64,000 bases of DNA. Origin: Euryarchaeota archaeon UBA256. GTDB lineage: Archaea; Thermoplasmatota; Poseidoniia; Poseidoniales; Poseidoniaceae. The stretch is taken from assembly GCA_002494645.1 (NCBI GenBank), contig DACE01000033.1:79024-143023 (forward strand). The letters run 5' to 3'. Of this stretch, positions 9,712 through 19,792 are shown piece after piece (positions within the stretch are counted from its first letter, which is position 1; the number at the start of each line of letters is the position of its first letter). A model generated the notes under the pieces. It was not told where the DNA came from, did not search any database, and saw only the letters and a program-made list of their open reading frames with translations. Both the position numbers and the translations under genes were made by a program.

Positions 9712-12006
9712 ATGAGGGAACCACCAAGGGCAACAACGCCGCCAGATAAGGCCAGATTGGGCCTAAAAAAACCAAAAAAGAAGGCTGCAGGAATACCAGC
9801 AGTTCTTTCTTCTGCCTACCATGGTCTGAGAAAAATGGGCGCGACCAAAACGATCAAAACGCTGGTCACCGTCAATCAACAGGAAGGTTTTGATTGCCCA
9901 GGCTGTGCATGGCCCGACCCAGAGCACAGAACCACTTTTGAGTTCTGTGAAAATGGTGCCAAAGCAGTAGCCGATGAAGCGATGAAGGCTCATGTTGATT
10001 CCAACTTTTTCACACATCATAGTGTACAGGAACTGGCTGAATTAAGTGACTACGAACTCAATCGCAAAGGCCGCTTGGCCGAACCGATGTATTTGGCCAA
10101 AGGTGAATCTCACTACAAATCCATCACATGGGATGCGGCCTTTGAGAAGATTTCGCAGGCATTGAGGGCTCTCTCCTCACCTCATCGCGCCGTATTCTAT
10201 ACATCGGGCAGGACAAGTAATGAAGCAGCATTTCTCTATCAGGCTTTTGTCAGAGCATACGGGACCAATAATCTTCCAGACTGTTCAAACATGTGCCATG
10301 AGAGTAGTGGGAAGGGTTTGGGGCAAACCATCGGAATAGGGAAGGGCACGGTCACACTTGACGATTTTAACCATGCAAAAGTCATCATGGTTATTGGACA
10401 AAATCCTGGGACAAACCATCCACGTATGCTGACTGCCCTGCGTGATGCTAAGAAAATGGGTGCAAAGATTATCCATGTAAATCCTTTGCCCGAAGCAGGA
10501 TTGACGAGATTTAAACACCCACAGGACTACATGAAGATGGACCTTACTTCGACACAACTCGCTGACCTTCACCTTCCCGTACGCATTGGAGGAGATGCGG
10601 CTCTCCTCAAAGGGCTCATTAAACTCCAACTCGAACATGACACCATTGACGAAGAGTTCGTCAACCAATATACCTCTGGTTTCGACTCAATGAAAAGGTC
10701 GGCCTTAGGCACAGGATGGGATGAGATTTTAGCAGATTCAGGGATTGACCGTGAATTGATTGAGCGCGCATCAGACATGCTATCGTCATCCGATGCTACC
10801 ATCGCCTGTTGGGCCATGGGATTAACACAACATCGCAATGGTGTTGCAGTCATACAAGAAGTTGTCAATTTGCTTCTTCTTGGCGGTCATGTGGGGCGAC
10901 TTGGCGCAGGTTTTTGTCCAGTACGTGGACACTCAAATGTCCAAGGTGACCGAACCGTTGGAATTTGGGAAGCACCCTCTCGGGCATTCATATCACGCAT
11001 GGAAGAAGGATTGGGTTTCAACATCCCTCACGAGCATGGTTACGATGTTGTCCATTCAATTGAAGCAATGGCGAAGGGTGATGTTGATGTGTTCTTTTGC
11101 ATGGGTGGAAATTTCTTATCCGCTACACCGGATACAGATTTCACCGCAAAAGCGATCGCTAACATTGGTCTGACGGTGCAAGTTTCTACGAAACTAAATC
11201 GTTCTCACTTAATTACCGGTAAAGAAGCACTGATACTCCCCTGCCTAGGTCGTACAGAATCCGATATCCAACATGGACATCGGCAATTCGTCACCGTCGA
11301 AAACTCAATGGGGATTGTCCACCGTTCACAAGGCACGCTCAAACCCGCCTCGACGATGTTACGCAGTGAGCCATGGATTGTGGCTTCATTAGCTGAAGCC
11401 ACCTTGGGCGTAGAGCACTTACCTTGGATGGACATGGCATCTCAATATGACTCAATACGAGATCTCATGGAGGCTTCACTTGATGGTTTTACAGATTATA
11501 ATGCGCGTGTCCGTAGCGATAATGGATTCGCCCTCCCCAATCCACCACGCGATCATCGAAGATTTAACACAGAAGACGGTCTTGCTCATTTCACGACCCA
11601 CGAATTGCCTGATGTATCAGTTGAATCTGATCAATTTGTCCTCATGACCTTGCGGAGTCATGATCAATACAATACAACGATTTATGGCCTCCACGACCGT
11701 TACAGGGGCGTTCATGGACACCGCCGCGTCATTTTCATGAATGCGGATGATATGGTTGCGAGAGGATGGAAATCAAGAACCAAAGTTGACATCACAAGTC
11801 ATTTCAATGGAGAAAAAAGGGTTTCATTGGAATGGTTGCTGGTTCCTTATGAAATCCCAAAGGGAAACTTAGCAGCATATTTCCCCGAAGCCAATAGCCT
11901 GGTTCCGCTACAATCTACCGCCGATATCTCCAATACACCTACCTCCAAATGGATTGTTTGTACCCTCAAAACCTCCTCTGTCATTGACGGAACGGAGGAA
12001 GAATGA
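9712..12006 (+). CDS. molybdopterin oxidoreductase of the FdhF/YdeP-like branch
   Basis: 764 aa with N-terminal GFDCPGCAWPDP and NMCHESSG (Cys, with no in-frame TGA). C-terminal molybdopterin-dinucleotide-binding style region. Sits next to fdhD. Confidence 0.85.
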   Translation: MREPPRATTPPDKARLGLKKPKKKAAGIPAVLSSAYHGLRKMGATKTIKTLVTVNQQEGFDCPGCAWPDPEHRTTFEFCENGAKAVADEAMKAHVDSNFFTHHSVQELAELSDYELNRKGRLAEPMYLAKGESHYKSITWDAAFEKISQALRALSSPHRAVFYTSGRTSNEAAFLYQAFVRAYGTNNLPDCSNMCHESSGKGLGQTIGIGKGTVTLDDFNHAKVIMVIGQNPGTNHPRMLTALRDAKKMGAKIIHVNPLPEAGLTRFKHPQDYMKMDLTSTQLADLHLPVRIGGDAALLKGLIKLQLEHDTIDEEFVNQYTSGFDSMKRSALGTGWDEILADSGIDRELIERASDMLSSSDATIACWAMGLTQHRNGVAVIQEVVNLLLLGGHVGRLGAGFCPVRGHSNVQGDRTVGIWEAPSRAFISRMEEGLGFNIPHEHGYDVVHSIEAMAKGDVDVFFCMGGNFLSATPDTDFTAKAIANIGLTVQVSTKLNRSHLITGKEALILPCLGRTESDIQHGHRQFVTVENSMGIVHRSQGTLKPASTMLRSEPWIVASLAEATLGVEHLPWMDMASQYDSIRDLMEASLDGFTDYNARVRSDNGFALPNPPRDHRRFNTEDGLAHFTTHELPDVSVESDQFVLMTLRSHDQYNTTIYGLHDRYRGVHGHRRVIFMNADDMVARGWKSRTKVDITSHFNGEKRVSLEWLLVPYEIPKGNLAAYFPEANSLVPLQSTADISNTPTSKWIVCTLKTSSVIDGTEEE

Positions 12007-13262
12007 TGGAAGGGCGTTCCTATACTCAACTCGTTCGTGAGAACAAAGAGTTTCGACAACTTTGGATAGCGGCAGTTATCTCCATGATGGGTGAATGGTT
12101 CAACACCATTGCCTTATTTTTCCTCATTTTAGAATATACTGATAGTGAACTCCTCTTAGGCGTTCTTTTTACGGTTAGAATGGCTGGTTTTGCCCTTCTG
12201 CAACCTTTTATTGGCCTCATGGCAGATCGTTACAATCGAAAGTCCCTCATGATCGTATCAAACCTCTTGCAGATGTTCCTCGCCCTCTGTTTCCTCTTTG
12301 TCAATGATGCAAATGACATCGTATGGATGATTGGACTATCCGGAGTCATGATGATTCTTCACGGCGTATACATGACGGCAGAACGGGCTGCATTACCTAA
12401 TTTAGTTACAAAGGAAGACCTTGCAACCGCCAATGCACTTGATGCCGCCTCTTGGTCAACTGCTCTTTGTATTGGAGCGATGTTGGGGGGAGTTGTCGTT
12501 TCCCTCTGGGGGACCGATGCTGCATTTATCATCGATTCATTCACATTCCTCATCGGGACACTCTTCCTCATTACACTCAAGATACCACAGAAAATAGACC
12601 CCTCAATGAAGGGCCCTTGGTTCTCAACTGCGTTGAGCAACATGAAACGTGGTTGGCGGAGAATTCGTGGAGAGCCGCGCCTTTTCCGAATTGTCTTTGC
12701 TAAAGCATCTTGGAACATCGCCGGTGGCGGATTAGCCGGAGTCTATCTCGTATTGATGGGGGCCGATGTACAAGGATTTGGTGCGGCATTTGGATTTGGC
12801 CTCTTTTTCTTTGCTCGAGGACTCGGAACAGGACTTGGACCAATCATAGCCCGGAATGTATTCACCAACGAGGCAAAATGGCCCGTTCTCATCGGCCAAC
12901 TTATCGTCTTATCCGGTCTCTTTTACTGCCTCGTTGGTTTAACATTGGACATCTCACTCTGGTTGACTGTAATCCTGATCGTATTGGCGCACAGTGCCAG
13001 CGGTGCAAATTGGGTGCTTTCGACAATCATGGTTCAACGTTGGGTCGAGGACGAAGTACGAGGACGTGTCTTTTCTACGGACATGTTGATTCTTTCAGTC
13101 GCATTTTCATGTTCTACGAGTTTAGCAGGTCATCTCATGGAGAACACTGACCTCGGTATAGGCGGAGGCATCCTCTTGTTTTCGTCAGTGATGATGGTTT
13201 CAGGACTTGTATTTTCCTTGTGGGATGCTGGAGACCAGCCTTACCATCAACCACCGGCTTGA
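12003..13262 (+). CDS. MFS transporter
   Basis: About twelve hydrophobic helices. Loop motif GLMADRYNRK between helices 2 and 3. ATG overlaps the upstream stop (ATGA). Confidence 0.8.
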   Translation: MMEGRSYTQLVRENKEFRQLWIAAVISMMGEWFNTIALFFLILEYTDSELLLGVLFTVRMAGFALLQPFIGLMADRYNRKSLMIVSNLLQMFLALCFLFVNDANDIVWMIGLSGVMMILHGVYMTAERAALPNLVTKEDLATANALDAASWSTALCIGAMLGGVVVSLWGTDAAFIIDSFTFLIGTLFLITLKIPQKIDPSMKGPWFSTALSNMKRGWRRIRGEPRLFRIVFAKASWNIAGGGLAGVYLVLMGADVQGFGAAFGFGLFFFARGLGTGLGPIIARNVFTNEAKWPVLIGQLIVLSGLFYCLVGLTLDISLWLTVILIVLAHSASGANWVLSTIMVQRWVEDEVRGRVFSTDMLILSVAFSCSTSLAGHLMENTDLGIGGGILLFSSVMMVSGLVFSLWDAGDQPYHQPPA

Positions 13263-15145
13263 ATGCACCTTTCATGCCCACACGCAGGGGGAGTGAAATA
13301 GCGCCGGTCCTCTGGGACAAAGGTGTCAAGTTGCAATGTTGAGGTTGCCCCCTCTTGAATGAATACAATGGATGATGTACTGGCCGGAAGATAATCTTCA
13401 CCCGTTGATTGAAGACTTAATTGCAAATAATGACCTGCTTCAATCTCAGCATCGAGTGGGAAGAATTCCATTTTAGCATTGATGGTTTCTACCACGGGCA
13501 CCCAAGTTTGAACCATATCTCCTCCTGCGTGGTATCTCAAATCCATAATTGCATGACCGATGTGAATACAATCTCCAGCACTGCTACATTCCTCGAGTAA
13601 TGCATAGAGTTGTCCTCCAAGCGTGGCGGTTGTCACATCAACATGTAGCCTTGGTGTCCCTGCGATAAAGATGGACTCGTTGAGAGGTTCACTTTGCCAC
13701 ATAGGGCCAGTGGAGGCATCGGGTAATACGGTTGTACCCCCGCTTGTTGTGAGTTCGCTGCCCAATGCCATGCTGAGGACATTCACGTCTGCTGGCGGAT
13801 AACGCTCTTCAAGTCTCCATGAACCTTGATTTGATTGTATTTCGATCCATTGGCCTGGCTGTTCACCGATTTCTCTGAGGTAGTAATCAAACCATTCCAA
13901 TAAATCCTGCATCCAATCATAGCGCACCATCTCTGGAAATGCTTCGCCGCCCCGACCGCCTAAATCTGAACGGTCATCCAGTTGAACTGGACGGTCTGGA
14001 TAATCGTGGTCCCATTGTCCGAACAACCCCTTAGCCTCTATTCCGGCATCAATGAGCATATTCATCGTTGGAACTGCCATATGTGGGTCAACATTCCAAT
14101 CGTGCATTCCTTGTATCAGATATACGCTACCTTGGTAATTATCCAACACGCGGTCAAGGAAAAAGCGCTCTGACCAATACGAGCCCGCAGCTTCTCCTCC
14201 CCAAGCCCATGCTCCAACGCCCGTTGCGGGGCCAGCAATGTAGTCTGGACACACATTTTGATAATCCTCTTCATCACCATCAAAGCCATAGGATCCGTAA
14301 ACGCCGTTGTGCATGATGGGTGCTCTCGCCTCGGATGAACCGTTCCGCCACATGAGTTCTTTGACACCGATGAGTCCGGAAATTGGTACGATTGTTTTGA
14401 GGTAGTCGTGTTCTGATCCGAACATCGCTGCTTGCCAGGGCGTGCTTCCATCGTATGATTTGCCAATCAATGCAACTGCTCCATTTGACCATGTTTGCTC
14501 ACCAAGCCATCGCACGGCAGCATCGTTACCAAGTTGTTCTGCATTACCCATGAGGTCCATGCAGTGGTTGGAACGACCCGTCCCCGCCACTGAGATTTGT
14601 GCAAAGGCATACCCGTGAGGAAGAATTTGGTCAATAATCATCTGACCAAGCCATGAACCAGGAACTTCAATTGAGGGTGTTTCGACACTCACCTCTTGGA
14701 AATAGGGGCCAATTTCAGCTATAATGGGGACCGAAACGCCCTCTGGAACGTTCGGGCGCCAAACTGCTAAGGAAATGAGTCCATCAGGGGCAGCTCCACC
14801 TTCCGTAATTGGCAATTCGTATTCTACGAAATAATGTGTTGAATTCCATTCATTCTCTGTGGGCAAAATATCATATGGCCCACTTTCTAAAGCAATCCCG
14901 AAATCACCAGTGACATCATACGGCATGGTGTTACGTTCCCAAACTGGAACCCGCACACCTACATCGCTTTCATCCTCGCCGATATATTCGATGAAAGCAT
15001 CACCAAAAACTGCAGAAATGAATAAAAAAACAAGAGCCAGCGCCACTGTTGTGCCCAAGACGATGTTGAATTCTCTCGTAGCCACTGATGTGGGACGGTC
15101 AACGAGGACGGCTTCCAATATCGGGTCCTCTTCCATCCCTATCAT
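13247..15145 (-). CDS. CocE/NonD-family serine hydrolase (X-Pro dipeptidyl-peptidase S15-like), membrane anchored or secreted
   Basis: N-terminal hydrophobic helix, Ser nucleophile motif GKSYDGS, large C-terminal beta domain. Confidence 0.8.
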   Translation of the reverse strand: MIGMEEDPILEAVLVDRPTSVATREFNIVLGTTVALALVFLFISAVFGDAFIEYIGEDESDVGVRVPVWERNTMPYDVTGDFGIALESGPYDILPTENEWNSTHYFVEYELPITEGGAAPDGLISLAVWRPNVPEGVSVPIIAEIGPYFQEVSVETPSIEVPGSWLGQMIIDQILPHGYAFAQISVAGTGRSNHCMDLMGNAEQLGNDAAVRWLGEQTWSNGAVALIGKSYDGSTPWQAAMFGSEHDYLKTIVPISGLIGVKELMWRNGSSEARAPIMHNGVYGSYGFDGDEEDYQNVCPDYIAGPATGVGAWAWGGEAAGSYWSERFFLDRVLDNYQGSVYLIQGMHDWNVDPHMAVPTMNMLIDAGIEAKGLFGQWDHDYPDRPVQLDDRSDLGGRGGEAFPEMVRYDWMQDLLEWFDYYLREIGEQPGQWIEIQSNQGSWRLEERYPPADVNVLSMALGSELTTSGGTTVLPDASTGPMWQSEPLNESIFIAGTPRLHVDVTTATLGGQLYALLEECSSAGDCIHIGHAIMDLRYHAGGDMVQTWVPVVETINAKMEFFPLDAEIEAGHYLQLSLQSTGEDYLPASTSSIVFIQEGATSTLQLDTFVPEDRRYFTPPACGHERCIQAGG

Positions 15146-15241
15146 GTAACGCTGGGCACCCGCCTTTTTTGAGATTGTGCAGGAGCGATATGTTCATTCA
15201 CGGGAACAAGGCTCAAGGACATCCTTCAGTCTGGATGATTC

Positions 15242-17275
15242 ATGGTGGAGGCTATCGACACGTTCCGCCAGTTCATTGCGGAGGGCATCCCCTCGGTATT
15301 ACCGTCTCAGAAACCGTTCAACGCCGAGGTGGACCATGCGCCTAACCGCCGTCAAGTCCTCAGTGGGGATGAAAAAGTCTTATCCTTACAAAATGCATTA
15401 CGCTACTTTGAACCAAGGCACCATGATGTATTGATCCCAGAATTCCTTGATGAACTCAACACATACGGTCGAATCATTATGCGCAGATTCAAACCTGACG
15501 AGTACCCGATGAAAGCTCATGCAATTGATGACTATCCTGCAGTCAGTACACAAGCCGCTGCCATCATGATGATGATTCAAAATAATCTCGACCCCGAAGT
15601 TGCCCAATTTCCTGATGAACTCATTACATATGGTGGCAACGGATCAGTCTTCCAGAATTGGGCGCAATATCGTTTAGTGATGCAATATCTCTCCATGATG
15701 ACTGAACACCAAACCTTGGTCATGTACTCGGGCCATCCACTTGGACTCTTTCCATCCTCTCCAGCCGCACCTCGAGTGGTTGTAACAAACGGGATGGTCA
15801 TACCGAATTATTCCAAGCAGGATGATTATGAGCGAATGAACGCCCTCGGCGTTACTCAGTACGGTCAAATGACTGCTGGCTCCTACATGTACATTGGACC
15901 ACAAGGAATTGTTCATGGGACCACCATTACCTTGCTCAACGCTGCGCGTATGCACCTTGGCATCAAAGACACGGCATCGCTCAACGGGGTGACCTTCGTC
16001 ACGAGTGGTTTAGGCGGAATGTCCGGTGCCCAAGCAAAAGCAGCTACAATTGCAGGCGCAGCATGTATCATTGCAGAAACCAACCAACACGCAGCTCACA
16101 AGCGACACCAACAGGGATGGCTCACGACAGTGACTGATTCGATCGATGATGCTATTGACCAAATGGTTAAATCTGCAATCGAAAAGAAAGCTATCTCGAT
16201 TGGTTTTGTCGGAAATATCGTAGAATTGTGGGAACGGTGCGTTGAACGAAACATTCGAGTCGACTTAGGAAGCGACCAAACGAGTTTGCACAATCCCTAC
16301 CAGGGAGGATACTACCCCGCTGATTTCACATATGAACAAAGCACGAATATGATGGTCAACGAACCAGAACGCTTTGTCAGTGAAGTACAATCAACACTTC
16401 GCCGCCATGCTGATGCGATCAACGTCATGTCGGAGCGCGGGATGTATTTTTGGGATTACGGAAATGCATTTTTGCTCGAAGCATCGCGTGCAGGTGCAGA
16501 TGTACTCAATGACAATGGAGACTTCCGTTATCCCTCATATGTCGAGGACATCATGGGCCCTCTTTGCTTTGACTACGGATTTGGCCCTTATCGTTGGGTT
16601 TGTGCGAGCGGAAAAGCCTCGGATTTACAAAAAACAGACCTAATCGCCGCACGGGTATTACGAACTATGGCCGATAATGCTCCAGATGAAATTCGGCAAC
16701 AAATACTGGACAACATACGCTGGATTGAACAGGCAGGAGATAACGACCTCGTTGTTGGAAGTCAGGCAAGAATTTTGTATGCCGACGATATTGGCCGAAG
16801 GGAAATTGCGCTCGCCATGAATCAAGCAATTGCCTCTGGAGAATTGGAAGGCCCAGTCATACTCGGTCGCGACCACCATGATGTTTCGGGCACTGATAGT
16901 CCATACCGAGAAACTGCCAACATACGTGATGGTTCAATGTACACTGCGGATATGGCCGTACAGAATGTCATTGGTGATGCATTTAGAGGCGCCACTTGGG
17001 TCAGCGTTCACAACGGAGGTGGCGTTGGATGGGGCGAAGTGATTAACGGCGGTTTTGGATTATTATTGGACGGAACTCCGGATGCAGAGAGGAGGTTGCT
17101 CTCCATGCTACACTGGGATGTTAACAATGGAGTTGCAAGAAGAGCATGGGCCCGCAATGAAGGAGCCGTTTCAGCAATTCATCGTGCGATGGAACTTGAA
17201 CCGTTATTGATGATCACAACACCACACCATGTGGCTGAGGATGTTCTTCAACACCTGCGGAAGGTGATGAAATGA
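15242..17275 (+). CDS. hutU: urocanate hydratase, long (677 aa) form
   Basis: ITYGGNGSVFQNWAQY, QTLVMYSGHPLGLFP and YGQMTAGSYMYIGPQGIVHGT signatures. Confidence 0.95.
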   Translation: MVEAIDTFRQFIAEGIPSVLPSQKPFNAEVDHAPNRRQVLSGDEKVLSLQNALRYFEPRHHDVLIPEFLDELNTYGRIIMRRFKPDEYPMKAHAIDDYPAVSTQAAAIMMMIQNNLDPEVAQFPDELITYGGNGSVFQNWAQYRLVMQYLSMMTEHQTLVMYSGHPLGLFPSSPAAPRVVVTNGMVIPNYSKQDDYERMNALGVTQYGQMTAGSYMYIGPQGIVHGTTITLLNAARMHLGIKDTASLNGVTFVTSGLGGMSGAQAKAATIAGAACIIAETNQHAAHKRHQQGWLTTVTDSIDDAIDQMVKSAIEKKAISIGFVGNIVELWERCVERNIRVDLGSDQTSLHNPYQGGYYPADFTYEQSTNMMVNEPERFVSEVQSTLRRHADAINVMSERGMYFWDYGNAFLLEASRAGADVLNDNGDFRYPSYVEDIMGPLCFDYGFGPYRWVCASGKASDLQKTDLIAARVLRTMADNAPDEIRQQILDNIRWIEQAGDNDLVVGSQARILYADDIGRREIALAMNQAIASGELEGPVILGRDHHDVSGTDSPYRETANIRDGSMYTADMAVQNVIGDAFRGATWVSVHNGGGVGWGEVINGGFGLLLDGTPDAERRLLSMLHWDVNNGVARRAWARNEGAVSAIHRAMELEPLLMITTPHHVAEDVLQHLRKVMK

Positions 17276-18840
17276 GCGAACCTCATGTGATTTATCTTGA
17301 TGGTGAAACGCTAACACCTGCTGAAATTATCATGATTGCACGTCAACGTGCAACAGTAGAGGTTTCTCAGGATGCTTGGCCCAAAATTCATGCAGCGCGT
17401 GCCGTTGTTGAACGCATTCTCGAAGATAATGAAACTGTTTACGGAATCAATACTGGATTTGGGGCACTCGTACACGAGCGTATTTCCCAAGATGATTTGG
17501 CTCAGTTGCAATTGAACCTGATTCGTTCCCACGCTACTGCAATCGGACCTACAATGAGTGTTGAGGCAGTTCGATGCATGATGGTCATCCGGCTCAATTC
17601 ATTATGCAAAGGCCATTCAGGTATCCACCCTGACTGCATCAATCAACTGGTACTTTACCTCAATTTAGGAATCCACCCCTCAGTTCCGCGAATTGGCAGT
17701 TTAGGGGCAAGTGGTGACCTTGCTCCGCTCTCACACCTCGCATTAACTCTCATCGGAGAAGGTGAAATTTTGGTGGATGGAGGGGCTACTCCAACGACCA
17801 TTGCATTGGACGAACATGACCTACTCCCAATCAGCCTCACCGCTAAAGATGGTCTTTCACTCATCAACGGTACGAGTCAGATGTGTGCCTTTGCCATTCT
17901 TGCTCACCAATCACTGGGCGAATTGCTCACATTAGCTGATGTGATTTTGGCAACCTCAATGGAAGCCCGCAAATGCAGCCTGACACCATCGAATCCTCAG
18001 GTCCACCTTGCGAGACCTCATCCAGGTCAACAAACGGTCGCTCACAGACTCAATACCTTACTCGCTGAATCACCAATCATGGAAAGTCATGCCGAGTGTG
18101 ACCGTGTACAAGACCCCTATTCATTTCGATGTGCACCTCAAGTGCATGGTGCGATATGGGAATCTTACCGTCGTCTTGACGATATGCTTCGTATTGAAAT
18201 CAATAGTGCAACTGACAACCCACTTATTTTCCCTAATCCGTCAGATCCTGGTGTGAATGAAGTTCTTTCACAGGGAAATTTCCATGGTGAAATAGTTGCT
18301 ATGGTTTGCGACGGGATGACGCTTGGAATCTTTGAATTGGGTTCTATATCTGAACGAAGAATGGACCAAATGCTTGACCCTTCTCGTAGCGAAATGCCAG
18401 CATTTTTGGCGAAGAACTCGGGCTTGGAATCGGGGTTGATGATAGTGCAATATGTCGCAGGGGCCTCCTTATCTGAACTGCACGGCCGAACAGGCCCTAG
18501 AACCGCATTTTCCACATCAACATCTGCAGGACAAGAAGACCATGTCAGCATGGGTGCAACCTCTGCATGGAATCTATTAGAAGCAACACAACATTTGGCG
18601 GAAATTCTAGCCTGTGAGAGCCTTATTGCTTGTGAGGCCCTTGAGCACGAAGCCTTGGAACCCGCCGCGCATGTTCGGGGTTTCAAAAACTTGGTTCGTA
18701 CGATCGCCCCCCCTCTTGATGAAGACCGCTCGACATCAAAAGAACTGATTGAGTTGAGCCATCACTTGCAACATGGCGGATGGCTTGCCCGGCTTGAGGC
18801 AGAATATGGGCGGTTATCTCGAGGCGAGGATTTCTTCTAA
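17272..18840 (+). CDS. hutH: histidine ammonia-lyase
   Basis: MIO-forming GASGDLAPLSHL (Ala-Ser-Gly). ATG overlaps the hutU stop. Confidence 0.95.
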   Translation: MSEPHVIYLDGETLTPAEIIMIARQRATVEVSQDAWPKIHAARAVVERILEDNETVYGINTGFGALVHERISQDDLAQLQLNLIRSHATAIGPTMSVEAVRCMMVIRLNSLCKGHSGIHPDCINQLVLYLNLGIHPSVPRIGSLGASGDLAPLSHLALTLIGEGEILVDGGATPTTIALDEHDLLPISLTAKDGLSLINGTSQMCAFAILAHQSLGELLTLADVILATSMEARKCSLTPSNPQVHLARPHPGQQTVAHRLNTLLAESPIMESHAECDRVQDPYSFRCAPQVHGAIWESYRRLDDMLRIEINSATDNPLIFPNPSDPGVNEVLSQGNFHGEIVAMVCDGMTLGIFELGSISERRMDQMLDPSRSEMPAFLAKNSGLESGLMIVQYVAGASLSELHGRTGPRTAFSTSTSAGQEDHVSMGATSAWNLLEATQHLAEILACESLIACEALEHEALEPAAHVRGFKNLVRTIAPPLDEDRSTSKELIELSHHLQHGGWLARLEAEYGRLSRGEDFF

Positions 18841-19683
18841 GCGGTGTTGGACATCTTGAACGGATGAAAGTTGCATGATTTGGAAGGTCATAATTTCCCG
18901 TTCTGTCACGCTTAATTTATCGTGGTTCGTTTCAACCACACGACATAAATCGACGGCAAGTCGTACCATGGATTCTACTCCCGCATAGATTGTGTGGGCC
19001 TTGTCCATATTATCCGTAGCCATGGCGGGCTCCAGTTCAGAAACGTCAATACCCATACGCTTCCACTGCAGCATTCGCTTTGAAAGGATTGTTTTGTTAA
19101 ATCCTCGACGTGGTAACGAAACCAATTGAACGAGTTTTCTATCCTCTTGTGAATTTTCATTTGTTCCGCTTTGTACCTGATGATCCTCAACAGTGGTTTG
19201 TTCTTCTGACGAATTAACATCATGTAGGGTAGGTGGCTCAACTGAAGGGGCAATGGCGTGTAGTCTCGGCCAAAAACGAGATGAAAATACGAGGGGGTCG
19301 ACGACAAAAATGACAGCGTGATTTCCGTCTCGGCAGTGACGATCGAGGCGCTGAAGAAATTGAAGAACTGCTTCTTCACCATCATTGTTCACCATCCAAT
19401 CTAAGCCTTCGACAATGGCATAACTAGGGGCATTGACGAGTTCGTGGCTGAGCACACGTTCAATATCCTCGCACCGTGGTGCAATCGCTGATGGAGAATC
19501 GTGTTCACTCAACCAGAAACATTGCGTCCCCGAAGGCGAGACATGGCGCAATAGCGCACGTAGTGGGAGTCGGCTGATACAAATTCGCTTAACATCAATG
19601 ACTTCAGTGGCACTTTCAAACCACGAATAGGCAGCATCATGCGACACCTGTTCCAGTGTGAACAAACCTTGCAATTCAAGCAC
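18814..19683 (-). CDS. DUF835-like protein with a helical C-terminal domain of unknown type
   Basis: N-terminal ~140 aa resembles DUF835 (YAIVEGLDWMVNNDGEEAVLQFLQRLDRHCRDGNHAVIFVVDP). A Ser/Glu linker and a helical ~100-aa tail follow. GTG 19683 abuts the SD; TTG 19674 is better spaced. Confidence 0.5.
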   Translation of the reverse strand: MLELQGLFTLEQVSHDAAYSWFESATEVIDVKRICISRLPLRALLRHVSPSGTQCFWLSEHDSPSAIAPRCEDIERVLSHELVNAPSYAIVEGLDWMVNNDGEEAVLQFLQRLDRHCRDGNHAVIFVVDPLVFSSRFWPRLHAIAPSVEPPTLHDVNSSEEQTTVEDHQVQSGTNENSQEDRKLVQLVSLPRRGFNKTILSKRMLQWKRMGIDVSELEPAMATDNMDKAHTIYAGVESMVRLAVDLCRVVETNHDKLSVTEREIMTFQIMQLSSVQDVQHRLEEILASR

Positions 19684-19704
19684 CCTCCTGTCAAAGCCAG
19701 GAGG
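19684..19704 (-). promoter_or_regulatory. perfect 7-bp hairpin pairing an anti-SD (CCUCCUG) with the AGGAGG Shine-Dalgarno of the DUF835-like gene
   Basis: The minus-strand transcript reads CCUCCUG-GCUUUGA-CAGGAGG, then GUG CUU GAA UUG. As DNA it is an inverted repeat in the divergent control region. Confidence 0.45.
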
Positions 19705-19792
19705 AACTGTTCTAAGGAATTAATCCTTGAAAACGATAAAAATCCCATCAAGCATTATAATTGGAGACGCCCTCCAGTGAAACGGTGGAACG

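Noticed and set aside
9712-12006. Selenocysteine (in-frame TGA) in the formate-dehydrogenase-like molybdoenzyme
   Set aside because: The ORF is uninterrupted and has Cys (NMCHESSG) at the expected ligand position. There is no internal TGA and no candidate SECIS.
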